Source: Verrucomicrobiaceae bacterium (GTDB lineage: Bacteria; Verrucomicrobiota; Verrucomicrobiia; Verrucomicrobiales; Akkermansiaceae). Taken from it: DNA of 64,000 bases. The notes under the pieces were generated by a model. That model was not told the DNA's origin, did not search any database, and saw nothing but the letters and a program-made list of their open reading frames with translations. Position 1 is the first letter of the stretch. Every line of letters begins with the position of its first letter. The stretch spans positions 128,001-192,000 of the forward strand of contig JBPOGH010000001.1 in the NCBI GenBank assembly GCA_051252135.1, given 5' to 3'. Of this stretch, positions 10,494 through 19,089 are shown piece after piece. The translations under genes were made by a program, and so were the position numbers.

Positions 10494-11177
10494 ATGGCGA
10501 AGAAAGCGGCAAAAAAGGCGGGCAAGAAGTCCAAGGATGGGGACGTTGATCTCACAAGCGGCTATGCGAAAACTCGCAAGAGCATGATTGCGCGGCTTGA
10601 AAACTGGGAGGATCAGCGGACGTGGGATGAATTTTACAAGACGTATTGGAAGCTGATTTACTCGGTGGCGATCAAGTCCGGTCTTCGGCAGGATGAGGCG
10701 TTTGACACGGTTCAAGAGACGATTCTGTCGATCGCGAAGCAGAGTAAAAAGAATCTCTACGACCCCAAGCAGGGGTCTTTCAAGACATGGCTGATGAATA
10801 TGACGCGCTGGCGAATCAATGATCAGTTTCGGAAAAGGAAAAAGGATACAGCGATGCCGGGCGGCGGGTGGGACGACGAGAGGAAGACGGCAGTAATCGA
10901 CCGGTTTGAGGACCCAAAGGGAGACCTGTTGGAGCGGATGTGGGACGTCGAGTGGAAGAAAAGTGTGGCGGATATGGCGCTCACGAAAGTGAAGGCGCAG
11001 GTTTCGCCCAAGCAGTATCAAATTTTCGATTACTACGTGATCAAGCAGTGGGATGCCAAAAAAGTGCAAGACCACCTTGGCGTGAGCATGGCACAAGTCT
11101 ATCTTGCCAAGCACCGGGTTGGCTCGGTGCTGAAGAAAGAATTGTCGAAGCTCAACAAAGATGGAGAAGAAGATTAG
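10494..11177 (+). CDS. ECF-type RNA polymerase sigma factor (kinase-associated type)
   Basis: WDEFYKTYWKLIY, GSFKTWL and region-4 HTH VQDHLGVSMAQVYLAKHRV. Confidence 0.92.
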   Translation: MAKKAAKKAGKKSKDGDVDLTSGYAKTRKSMIARLENWEDQRTWDEFYKTYWKLIYSVAIKSGLRQDEAFDTVQETILSIAKQSKKNLYDPKQGSFKTWLMNMTRWRINDQFRKRKKDTAMPGGGWDDERKTAVIDRFEDPKGDLLERMWDVEWKKSVADMALTKVKAQVSPKQYQIFDYYVIKQWDAKKVQDHLGVSMAQVYLAKHRVGSVLKKELSKLNKDGEED

Positions 11178-13800
11178 GCCCGATCCTCTGATTCCGGATC
11201 ATGAAGTCCTCCGGAAGGTGGGGGGGGGATCCTATGGGGAGGTTTGGCTGGCCCGTGGTGTGACGGGTGCGATGCGTGCGGTTAAATTGGTTTATCGGGA
11301 GGATTTTTCCGACGAGCGGACGTTTGAACGGGAGTTTGAGGGTATCTTGAAGTTCGAGCCACTTTCGCGGGATCATGCGGGTTTGGTGCATGTGCTTCAT
11401 GTTGGCCGAAGTGATGGAGCATCTCCATTTTACTATTATGTGATGGAGTTGGGTGATGATGCCTACTCTGACGAATTCAATCCGGTGGAGTATGAGCCGC
11501 GAACCTTGCGGACTGATATGAAATTAGCCAACGGAACTCCGTTGGACACCGACTTTTGCATTGAGACAGGGCGTTTGCTGGCGGATGCCTTGAGCCGGCT
11601 TCATGCCCAGGGGTTGACACACCGCGATGTAAAGCCTTCGAATGTCATTTTTGTAGATGGCAAACCCAAATTGGCTGACATCGGTTTGGTAGCGACGACG
11701 GATCAGCGTACGTTTGTGGGAACTGAGGGATTTGTGCCTCCCGAGGGACCGGGATCGGAGGGAGCGGACTTGTACAGTTTGGGTAAGGTCCTTTATGAGA
11801 TGGCGACGGGGATGGATCGTTTGGACTTTCCGGAATTACCTGATGAGGGGCCTCCGGAGAAGTCGCGGAAGAAGTGGATTCGGCTCAATCAGTTGATTTG
11901 TGACGTATGCGAGCCACGAATTGAAAAGCGGACAATCAAGACGGCCGCTCAATTCGCGCAAGCGCTGCACTTGTTACAAAAAGGGAAGCGAGCTCCACGG
12001 CAGATCTCGCCGATGGCAGGGGTTTTTTCCGCTTTGGTGATGATTCTGGTTCTGGCAGTGGGCCAAACCTGGTTGGAATACACGTGGGGCCGAACGGTGA
12101 TCGAAGGGAATCGGGAACCACTTCCAATCCGATACGTTTCGGTAAGGGTTCAAAGTGTTGATAATGAGCAGACGGTCTTATCGGGAGTGGATGTGTATGA
12201 CCCGAACGGAACGTGGCTGGAATCGACGCCACATCGGCTGCAGAACATTGCAGTGGGTGATCAATTGAAGCTAATTTTGAAGAGAAAGGGTTATCGTGAT
12301 GCCGTTGTTGAAAAGACGGTGGTGGATGATGGGACCGGAAGCATGTTGATTGAGGTCGAATTAACGAGATTCGCTCCGCCGATAGAAGGTGAAAGGTGGA
12401 ATGATGCACTGGGGATGGAGTATTTGCCAAGAGGGGAGGACCATCTTTCGGTAACCCATATAACCGAATCCCTATGGTCGGTATTTGCAGAGAGTCAGCA
12501 GGTGAAAGATCAGGCAATTGTATTTGATTCCACAGAAGCAGGAGTGCCGATACGTCTCGTCGCGGTATCGAACGAATCGGCTCAGAATTATGCAGCTTGG
12601 TTAACGGGAAAGTGTTTGGAGGAAGGATTCCTTGCCTTGTATTCGGACATCGAATTGGAGGAGAACCGGGAAATCAGGTCGAGGTATGACCGGAGTTATG
12701 CGGAAAATAAACTTCCGCCGGACGCGGTGGAAAAAGGCTGGCGCCCTTTTCGATGCTTCGTGCAGGTGATTCCTTATGCGACCTTATCGTTTGATTCCAC
12801 ACCCAAAGGGGCCTCCATTTATATCGAGGGAGAGTGGATTGGGGAGACGCAGTTGACTGATTTTGTGATCCTTCCCGGATTGGTGAATTACACGATCGAG
12901 CTGGAAGGATATCAGGCTGAAAGTGGAAGGCTGGTGCTCAATGATCGGGCGCATCAATCAATTGTGGTGGAGCTTAAGGAGGATAAAAGAGGCGTGGTAT
13001 TTGGCGCGGGAGCGCGAGACTGGAACAATAGTCTGGGGATGCGGTTCGCACCATTGGGAGAGGACCTGATGGTGAGTGTATGGGAAACCAGGTTGGGCGA
13101 CTACGAGGCATTCTTAAAAGCGAAGGGGCGGACAATGCCCGGCGCTTTCCGGGCGGAGTCGGTGAATCATCCAGCTGTCGGGATGACGCGTGCCGAAGCG
13201 CGGGAATTCTGTGATTGGCTGACTGAAGTGGAGCGAGCGACGGAAAATATCCAGACGCAACATCGCTATCGACTGCTTACTGATCTCGAATGGTCCGAGA
13301 TGGCCGGTCTTGAGGAGACAATGGCTCAACCGATTCAACGGGACAATGATCAGGCGAATGGAGGGATCTACTCCTGGGGGGTGGATATTTGGCCTCCACC
13401 TGAAAAGACCGGGAATTTTGCGGATCAATCGGCAGCCTCGAATGAGGGCATAGGAATGGCGAACGTGATCAACGACTATGTTGATGGGATGCCCAAAGCC
13501 TCTCCGGTTGGCTCCTTTCCACCAAATGAAAAAGGTTTCTACGATGTTGCCGGCAACGTTAAAGAGTGGGTCAACGACAACTATAAGGAAGGGGACGATG
13601 GCGCATTATACGGGGTGCTTCGGGGAGCTGATTGGAAGGGGTATGACAAGCAACATCTGGAGTTGAGATTCAGGGATTTTGTCGCACCCGCGAACCGTGG
13701 GGAAACTTACGGATTTCGAGTCGTGCTTGCAAAAGAAGAAGAACAGGACCAAAAAGAAACTGCAATTAACGCGAACGGAAATGGTGGAGATACGGATTGA
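11161..13800 (+). CDS. Membrane Ser/Thr protein kinase with PEGA-like and FGE/SUMF1-like domains
   Basis: GGGSYGEVW, AVK, HRDVKPSN, ADIGL, GTEGFVPPE; one TM helix; NSLGMRF...YDVAGNVKEW...GFRVVL. Confidence 0.92.
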   Translation: MEKKIRPDPLIPDHEVLRKVGGGSYGEVWLARGVTGAMRAVKLVYREDFSDERTFEREFEGILKFEPLSRDHAGLVHVLHVGRSDGASPFYYYVMELGDDAYSDEFNPVEYEPRTLRTDMKLANGTPLDTDFCIETGRLLADALSRLHAQGLTHRDVKPSNVIFVDGKPKLADIGLVATTDQRTFVGTEGFVPPEGPGSEGADLYSLGKVLYEMATGMDRLDFPELPDEGPPEKSRKKWIRLNQLICDVCEPRIEKRTIKTAAQFAQALHLLQKGKRAPRQISPMAGVFSALVMILVLAVGQTWLEYTWGRTVIEGNREPLPIRYVSVRVQSVDNEQTVLSGVDVYDPNGTWLESTPHRLQNIAVGDQLKLILKRKGYRDAVVEKTVVDDGTGSMLIEVELTRFAPPIEGERWNDALGMEYLPRGEDHLSVTHITESLWSVFAESQQVKDQAIVFDSTEAGVPIRLVAVSNESAQNYAAWLTGKCLEEGFLALYSDIELEENREIRSRYDRSYAENKLPPDAVEKGWRPFRCFVQVIPYATLSFDSTPKGASIYIEGEWIGETQLTDFVILPGLVNYTIELEGYQAESGRLVLNDRAHQSIVVELKEDKRGVVFGAGARDWNNSLGMRFAPLGEDLMVSVWETRLGDYEAFLKAKGRTMPGAFRAESVNHPAVGMTRAEAREFCDWLTEVERATENIQTQHRYRLLTDLEWSEMAGLEETMAQPIQRDNDQANGGIYSWGVDIWPPPEKTGNFADQSAASNEGIGMANVINDYVDGMPKASPVGSFPPNEKGFYDVAGNVKEWVNDNYKEGDDGALYGVLRGADWKGYDKQHLELRFRDFVAPANRGETYGFRVVLAKEEEQDQKETAINANGNGGDTD

Positions 13801-14284
13801 CTATGCGGGGCAGCTTCGCTGCGGGGCGACTCATGCTCCTTCCGGGGCGAAATTTGATACCGATGCCCCGGTCGATAACCAGGGAAGGGGGCAGTCGTTT
13901 TCGCCTACGGACCTAATTGCGACCGGTCTTGGGACATGCATGGCGACAGTGATGGGGATTGCGGGGAAAGCGAAGGGGGTTGAGTTAGGCGGGATGCGAG
14001 TGACCGTGGAAAAGCACATGTCAGAAGATTTGCCCCGGCGAATTGACAAGCTTGTGATTCAGATTTTCATGCCTCTTTCCGAGGATCATCCCGAGCGGCG
14101 AATCTTTCAGAGTGCCGCACTCAGCTGCCCGGTTCAGCATAGTATTCATCCGGATATTGAGGTGCCAATCATCTGGCATTGGAAGGCAACCAGTCCGACG
14201 CCCCCGGTTGGGCATGTGGCCCACTCTCCTGCAGTGCAGCGGATCGTTTCCCAGCCACCATCGACCAATCAGCCTTCGGCCTGA
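13781..14284 (+). CDS. OsmC family protein
   Basis: TDAPVDNQGRGQSFSPTDL, LGTC and CPVQHSIHP. ATG 13781 overlaps the kinase end. Confidence 0.9.
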   Translation: MVEIRIDYAGQLRCGATHAPSGAKFDTDAPVDNQGRGQSFSPTDLIATGLGTCMATVMGIAGKAKGVELGGMRVTVEKHMSEDLPRRIDKLVIQIFMPLSEDHPERRIFQSAALSCPVQHSIHPDIEVPIIWHWKATSPTPPVGHVAHSPAVQRIVSQPPSTNQPSA

Positions 14285-14913
14285 TAGTGGGCTTCAAGAA
14301 CTTTTAGGTAGTTCCCCGCAAAGACTGTTTTGACTTTGTCGATCTCGATGGGTTGATCGGCTTCGCTTTCGATGCTGGTCATGGAGACACCGCCGAGCCC
14401 ACAGGGAGTGATGTGTTCAAAGGGCTGAAGGCATGAACGGTTCACATTAAGGGCCATTCCGTGGAGCGTGACCCAAGCTCGGACTCCAACTCCCAGAGAG
14501 GCAATCTTTCGGTCTTCGACCCAAACTCCAGTGAGACCGGGACGGCGTTGTCCGGCGACTCCAAAATGGCGCAGGGTTAGAATGATTCCTTCCTCAAGAT
14601 TTCTAAGGTGCAGGTGGAGGTCCTTACGATAATGGGTTAGATCCAAAATAGCATATCCGGTGAGTTGTCCGGGGCCGTGGTAGGTTCCTTCTCCGCCTCG
14701 ATTGATTTCAACGACCGGGTGAGGAAGATGGGCTGTGACTCCGAGGCTGCTCTGGTCACGAGTGCGTCCGATCGTATAAACCGGTTGATGCTCAAGAAGA
14801 AGGAGGGTGTCTCCTATTTCTCCGGACCTGCGTTGTGCGACGAGTTTCTCCTGATGCTGCCAGATTAAATCAAAATCCCGGTCTTTGCCGAGGTCTCTTA
14901 CGTCGAGATTCAT
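14269..14913 (-). CDS. lipB: Lipoyl(octanoyl) transferase
   Basis: EHQPVYTIGR, RGGEGTYHGPGQ, KIASLGV, HGMALN, PCGL. Confidence 0.95.
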   Translation of the reverse strand: MNLDVRDLGKDRDFDLIWQHQEKLVAQRRSGEIGDTLLLLEHQPVYTIGRTRDQSSLGVTAHLPHPVVEINRGGEGTYHGPGQLTGYAILDLTHYRKDLHLHLRNLEEGIILTLRHFGVAGQRRPGLTGVWVEDRKIASLGVGVRAWVTLHGMALNVNRSCLQPFEHITPCGLGGVSMTSIESEADQPIEIDKVKTVFAGNYLKVLEAHYQAEG

Positions 14914-16643
14914 CGCTTTGATTTGGGTAAAGCAAGCCAGTCGCGGATTTCAGAGAGTGTTTTGCAGTTCACGATGTGATCCCGCTCCAACCAGCCTTTG
15001 CGGGCAAGTCGGACTCCAAATGCGAGAAACTGAAATTGATCCGTTGCGTGTGCGTCAGGATTGATGGAGCAAAGAACCCCCTTATCCCGGGCGCTGCGCC
15101 ACCAACGCCAATCCATATCAAGACGCCAAGGATTGCAGTTGAGTTCAATCACGGTGCGGGTCTCCGCCGCACAATCGATGATTTTTTCGATATTCACCGC
15201 ATATGGATCACGTTTGAGGAGGAGGCGTCCGGTGAGGTGGCCGAGCATGGTGACATGTTCGTTTTCCATAGCGCGAATCAGGCGCTTGGTCATATCGTCC
15301 TCGCTCAGGGTGAAAACGTTGTGCACCGAGGCAACGGAGTAGTCGAGCTCTCCGAGAAGGTCGTCATCAAAGTCAAGTGATCCGTCTTTAAGGATGTCGA
15401 CTTCAGATCCTGAGAGGAGGGCAAAGTCCGTGAAACCATCGTTGAGTCTTTTGATTTCAGAGATCTGATCACGCAGACGTTGTTCATTAAGTCCGTTGGC
15501 TTGAAATGAGGCCTTGGAGTGGTCCGCGATACCGAGATACCGGAGCCCGTGATCTTGAGCTGCTTCAGCCATTTCAAGAAGGGTGTTTTTCCCATCGGAA
15601 GCGGTGGTATGGTTGTGGAAGGTGCCCCGGAGGTTGTCGAGGGAGACGAGATTCGGAAGGGTTCCCGAGTCGGCTTGTTCGATTTCACCCCGGTTTTCCC
15701 GAAGTTCCGGGGGAACGAATCCAAGTCCGAGGGCGCGGTAAATATCGCGCTCTTCGTGAACTTCGGGGATGGGGCCTTCGCCGGTGAAATCGTATTCGTT
15801 GAGCGATAGGCCTTGCTTCAGTGCTCGAGAGCGTAGTGCAACATTATGCTCCTTGCTGCCCGTAAAGTATTGAAGAGCAAAGGGGAAGTGGGCGTTGCTG
15901 ACAGCGCGGAGATCGCATTGCAGGCCGTTTTCCAGTCGGATCGAAGTCTTGGTGTCCCCCCGAACAATGACCTCGTGAACTTCAGGCATGGTTGCGAAGA
16001 ATGAAGTGAGTTCGGCAGGCTCCGCGGTGGAGACAAGAAAATCAAGATCGTGGAGGGTTTCTTTGGATCGTCGATAGGAGCCAGCGATGGCTGCGCGGTT
16101 GACTTTCGGATGGTCCTTGAGTCGTTCAAGAAAAGTTTCCGCGAGGGGGGCAACGTCTCCGAGGCGAAAGCGGTCGGCGAATTTTTCCCGATTGGCGATG
16201 GCTCCGAGTATCTTATCGGCGGTTTTGGCGCCAAAGCCTTTGAGGTTTGCCACCGATCCGTCCTTGCAGGCAATTTTTAGAGCATCAATGGAGTCGACTC
16301 CAAGTTGATCGTAGACGGCTTTAATTTTCTTGGGTCCCAATCCCTGGATTTCAAAGAGGTCGAACAAGGTGCTTGGAAATTCGGAGCGAAGGTTTTCGAA
16401 GTATTCAAGTGAACCGGTAGAGGATAGCTCGTGCAGTTTTTGTTGGAGGGCATCACCGATCCCTTTAATCCCTTTGAGGTCATTTGCGACAGCAAGGGCT
16501 ACGATGTCTCCATCGAAGTTTTGCACGGTCTCCGCGCCATTTCGGTAGGCTCGTGTCTTAAAGGGGTTTTCTCCCTTCAGTTCGAGTAGGAGGGCGATTT
16601 CCTCGAGGGTATTGACTAGGGTGTCCCGCGTGACTTCCGGCAT
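14910..16643 (-). CDS. polX: DNA polymerase X with PHP 3'-5' exonuclease domain
   Basis: [22 protein letters not shown] (catalytic DxD intact), [12 protein letters not shown] motifs HNHT..SDG and DAH. Confidence 0.95.
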   Translation of the reverse strand: MPEVTRDTLVNTLEEIALLLELKGENPFKTRAYRNGAETVQNFDGDIVALAVANDLKGIKGIGDALQQKLHELSSTGSLEYFENLRSEFPSTLFDLFEIQGLGPKKIKAVYDQLGVDSIDALKIACKDGSVANLKGFGAKTADKILGAIANREKFADRFRLGDVAPLAETFLERLKDHPKVNRAAIAGSYRRSKETLHDLDFLVSTAEPAELTSFFATMPEVHEVIVRGDTKTSIRLENGLQCDLRAVSNAHFPFALQYFTGSKEHNVALRSRALKQGLSLNEYDFTGEGPIPEVHEERDIYRALGLGFVPPELRENRGEIEQADSGTLPNLVSLDNLRGTFHNHTTASDGKNTLLEMAEAAQDHGLRYLGIADHSKASFQANGLNEQRLRDQISEIKRLNDGFTDFALLSGSEVDILKDGSLDFDDDLLGELDYSVASVHNVFTLSEDDMTKRLIRAMENEHVTMLGHLTGRLLLKRDPYAVNIEKIIDCAAETRTVIELNCNPWRLDMDWRWWRSARDKGVLCSINPDAHATDQFQFLAFGVRLARKGWLERDHIVNCKTLSEIRDWLALPKSKR

Positions 16644-16662
16644 GTGGAAAAGATGGCGCGAG

Positions 16663-18639
16663 TCACTTCTTTTGCAAGATCAAGCCCGTGCGGGTTGGGA
16701 GGTAGAGGCGTATTTGCCGCTCGTGAGCGAGATAGGTCACCTTGGGGTCGATACGGTCATGTCCTCCAAATTGTGGACGCTCGGTATCAAGAAGAACTTT
16801 GTATTCCCCGCTTTCCCATACCGGGATTTCAAGATCAGGGAAAGACCGGTATGGGTTTAGATTAAAGGCACAGAGGTAGGGACCCCGTCGTGCGACAATG
16901 ATTTTCCAGTCGTTGTGAATGAACAAGAGCTCGAGATGTGCCTCACCCATGATGTCATGGGCTCCAGCGAAGGACTGAAGGGCCCTGTCGAACTCGTTGA
17001 GATCACTGTAACGAAGAGCCGGGTTATCGGCGAGTGACCACTGTCTGCGACAGTAGTGGTAGGACCAGCCATTGCCCTCGCGTGGAAAATCGAGCCATTC
17101 AGGATGGCCGAATTCGTTGCCAATAAAATTGAGCCACCCTTCGCCGCCAAAAGAGAGTGTCAGGAGTCTGATTATTTTGTGGAGGGCGATGCCGCGATCA
17201 ATACCGAGGCTTTCGGTGTCCCGTCCCATGTGCCAATACATCTCTTCATCCATGAGGTGGAAAGCGAGAGTTTTGTCTCCGACAAGTGCCTGATCGTGGG
17301 ATTCGGCATAGGCAATGTTGGCTTCTCCGTATTTTCGGTTGGTAAGCACATCCCACAGTTCATCCATGTTCCAGTGTTCATCCGGGGTGTGTTTGAGAAG
17401 CTTGATCCAGTAGTCAGGAAGACCCATCGAAAGTCGGTGGGTGAAACCTTGTCCACCTTCATCGATTGGCCGGCAGAGCCCGGGCATGCCGCTCATGTCT
17501 TCGGCTACCACTATGGCGTCCGGCCGGAGCGTGTGGATGAGTTTGGTGGCGAGTTTGAGGTAAAGGATGGCGTCGTCATCAACAGCGGGTCCAAAATAGG
17601 AATGGTGACTGCCAAAGGCTTCAGTGCCTCTGTGCCAATAAAGCATTGAGGTCACGCCATCGAAGCGGAATCCGTCGAAGCGAAAGACTTCAAGCCAGTA
17701 GCGCAGGTTGGAAAGGAGAAATTGGCGCACTTCATCACGACCATAGTCAAAGACCTTGGAATCCCACTGAGGATGCTCTCCACGGGCATCGCCATGAAAG
17801 TAGAGGCCATCGGAGCCATCGAATCTGCTGAGCCCCTCAGCGGTGTTCTTCACAGAGTGGGAATGAACGATATCAATCAGGACCGCGATACCCAAGCCAT
17901 GAGCGGTATCGATTAGATACTTGAGTTCCTCCGGGGTTCCAAAACGTGATGAGGGGGCGAAGAAGCTGGAGACGTGGTAACCGAAAGAGCCGTAGTAGGG
18001 GTGCTCGGCGATGGCCATGAGCTGGATCACATTGTATCCTTGTTTTGCAATTCGAGGCAGCGTGTTATCGGCAAATTCACGATATGAATGAACTCGCCCT
18101 TCCTCACCTGCAATTCCAACATGGGCTTCGTAGATTCGCACAGTTGAGCGATCATAGGTGAAGTCATGTTGCCATTGATAGGTGTTCTCCGGGGACCATA
18201 CCTGAGCGGAAAAGTCTTTCGTCCGATCATCCTGAACAACTCTTGAGGCATAGGCGGGGATACGGTGGAGCCATGATCCATCCGCCCCGTGAATGTGTAG
18301 CTTGTAGCGTTGTTCATGAGCCAAAGACTCTGCGGGGAGAGACAGGATCCAGACTCCTTGTTCGTCTTTTACAAGAGGATGAGAAGTGTTATTCCAGTCG
18401 TTGAAATCGCCGACAAGGAAGACGTCATGGGCTGCGGGAGCCCATTCTCTAATGGTCCAGCCATTATCATCACGATGAAGCCCGAAATAATGATGTCCGG
18501 CAGCGTGATCCAGAAGTGTCCCTGCGTTGGATTCGATTTGTTGAAGGACGTCGAGGTAACGTTGGTGCCGACCTTCCACAACGGGGGCAACAGGTTCGAG
18601 CCAGGAATCATTCTGAACAAGAGAGAGGGAACTTGGCAT
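16663..18639 (-). CDS. glgB: 1,4-alpha-glucan branching enzyme (GH13)
   Basis: REWAP, YYGSFGYHV, DIVHSH, GFRFDGVTSMLY, AESHDQ. Confidence 0.93.
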   Translation of the reverse strand: MPSSLSLVQNDSWLEPVAPVVEGRHQRYLDVLQQIESNAGTLLDHAAGHHYFGLHRDDNGWTIREWAPAAHDVFLVGDFNDWNNTSHPLVKDEQGVWILSLPAESLAHEQRYKLHIHGADGSWLHRIPAYASRVVQDDRTKDFSAQVWSPENTYQWQHDFTYDRSTVRIYEAHVGIAGEEGRVHSYREFADNTLPRIAKQGYNVIQLMAIAEHPYYGSFGYHVSSFFAPSSRFGTPEELKYLIDTAHGLGIAVLIDIVHSHSVKNTAEGLSRFDGSDGLYFHGDARGEHPQWDSKVFDYGRDEVRQFLLSNLRYWLEVFRFDGFRFDGVTSMLYWHRGTEAFGSHHSYFGPAVDDDAILYLKLATKLIHTLRPDAIVVAEDMSGMPGLCRPIDEGGQGFTHRLSMGLPDYWIKLLKHTPDEHWNMDELWDVLTNRKYGEANIAYAESHDQALVGDKTLAFHLMDEEMYWHMGRDTESLGIDRGIALHKIIRLLTLSFGGEGWLNFIGNEFGHPEWLDFPREGNGWSYHYCRRQWSLADNPALRYSDLNEFDRALQSFAGAHDIMGEAHLELLFIHNDWKIIVARRGPYLCAFNLNPYRSFPDLEIPVWESGEYKVLLDTERPQFGGHDRIDPKVTYLAHERQIRLYLPTRTGLILQKK

Positions 18640-18669
18640 GAATGAGTTCTACCTTAATTTGAGAGGAAA

Positions 18670-19080
18670 TCACTTCTTCTTGTATCTATTCCACTCTGCG
18701 CTTTTGCCAAGGAGTGAAATGCCCACAAATGCACGCATCACGATCTTGTCATCGCCGTCGTTCCAAATCTTGCCCTTGTAGATTTTACCAGACGCTGAAT
18801 CGTAAACTGTGCCACCGGTGAACTTGGTGCCAGCTTTGGTGAATCCGGAGATGACGCGGAGCCCTCTGAGTCGCCGTTTCCGTAAGGCTGGATTAGGATT
18901 GTTGGTGTCATGGGTGCGATTCTTGTCTTTGACCCAAGTGATCATGCCTTGAAGCTGTTTGTTGTCATCAAGCCACATTTTGATGCGAGCAGTGCCATCG
19001 CTCTTGATCCATTCACCTTCGATAGGGTCCTTTGCGAGTAGTGGAGTGATGAGGAGTGCGAGGAGCAGAAGAAGCTTCAT
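18670..19080 (-). CDS. DUF2147 domain secreted protein
   Basis: Signal peptide; D.NNP.P.LR.R.L.GL, GG.VYD..SGK.Y and W.R motifs. Confidence 0.85.
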   Translation of the reverse strand: MKLLLLLALLITPLLAKDPIEGEWIKSDGTARIKMWLDDNKQLQGMITWVKDKNRTHDTNNPNPALRKRRLRGLRVISGFTKAGTKFTGGTVYDSASGKIYKGKIWNDGDDKIVMRAFVGISLLGKSAEWNRYKKK

Positions 19081-19089
19081 AAACAAGGA

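Noticed and set aside
14910..16643. PolX as a defence component or inactive polymerase
   Set aside because: Catalytic Asp residues and PHP motifs look canonical and the neighbours are housekeeping genes.
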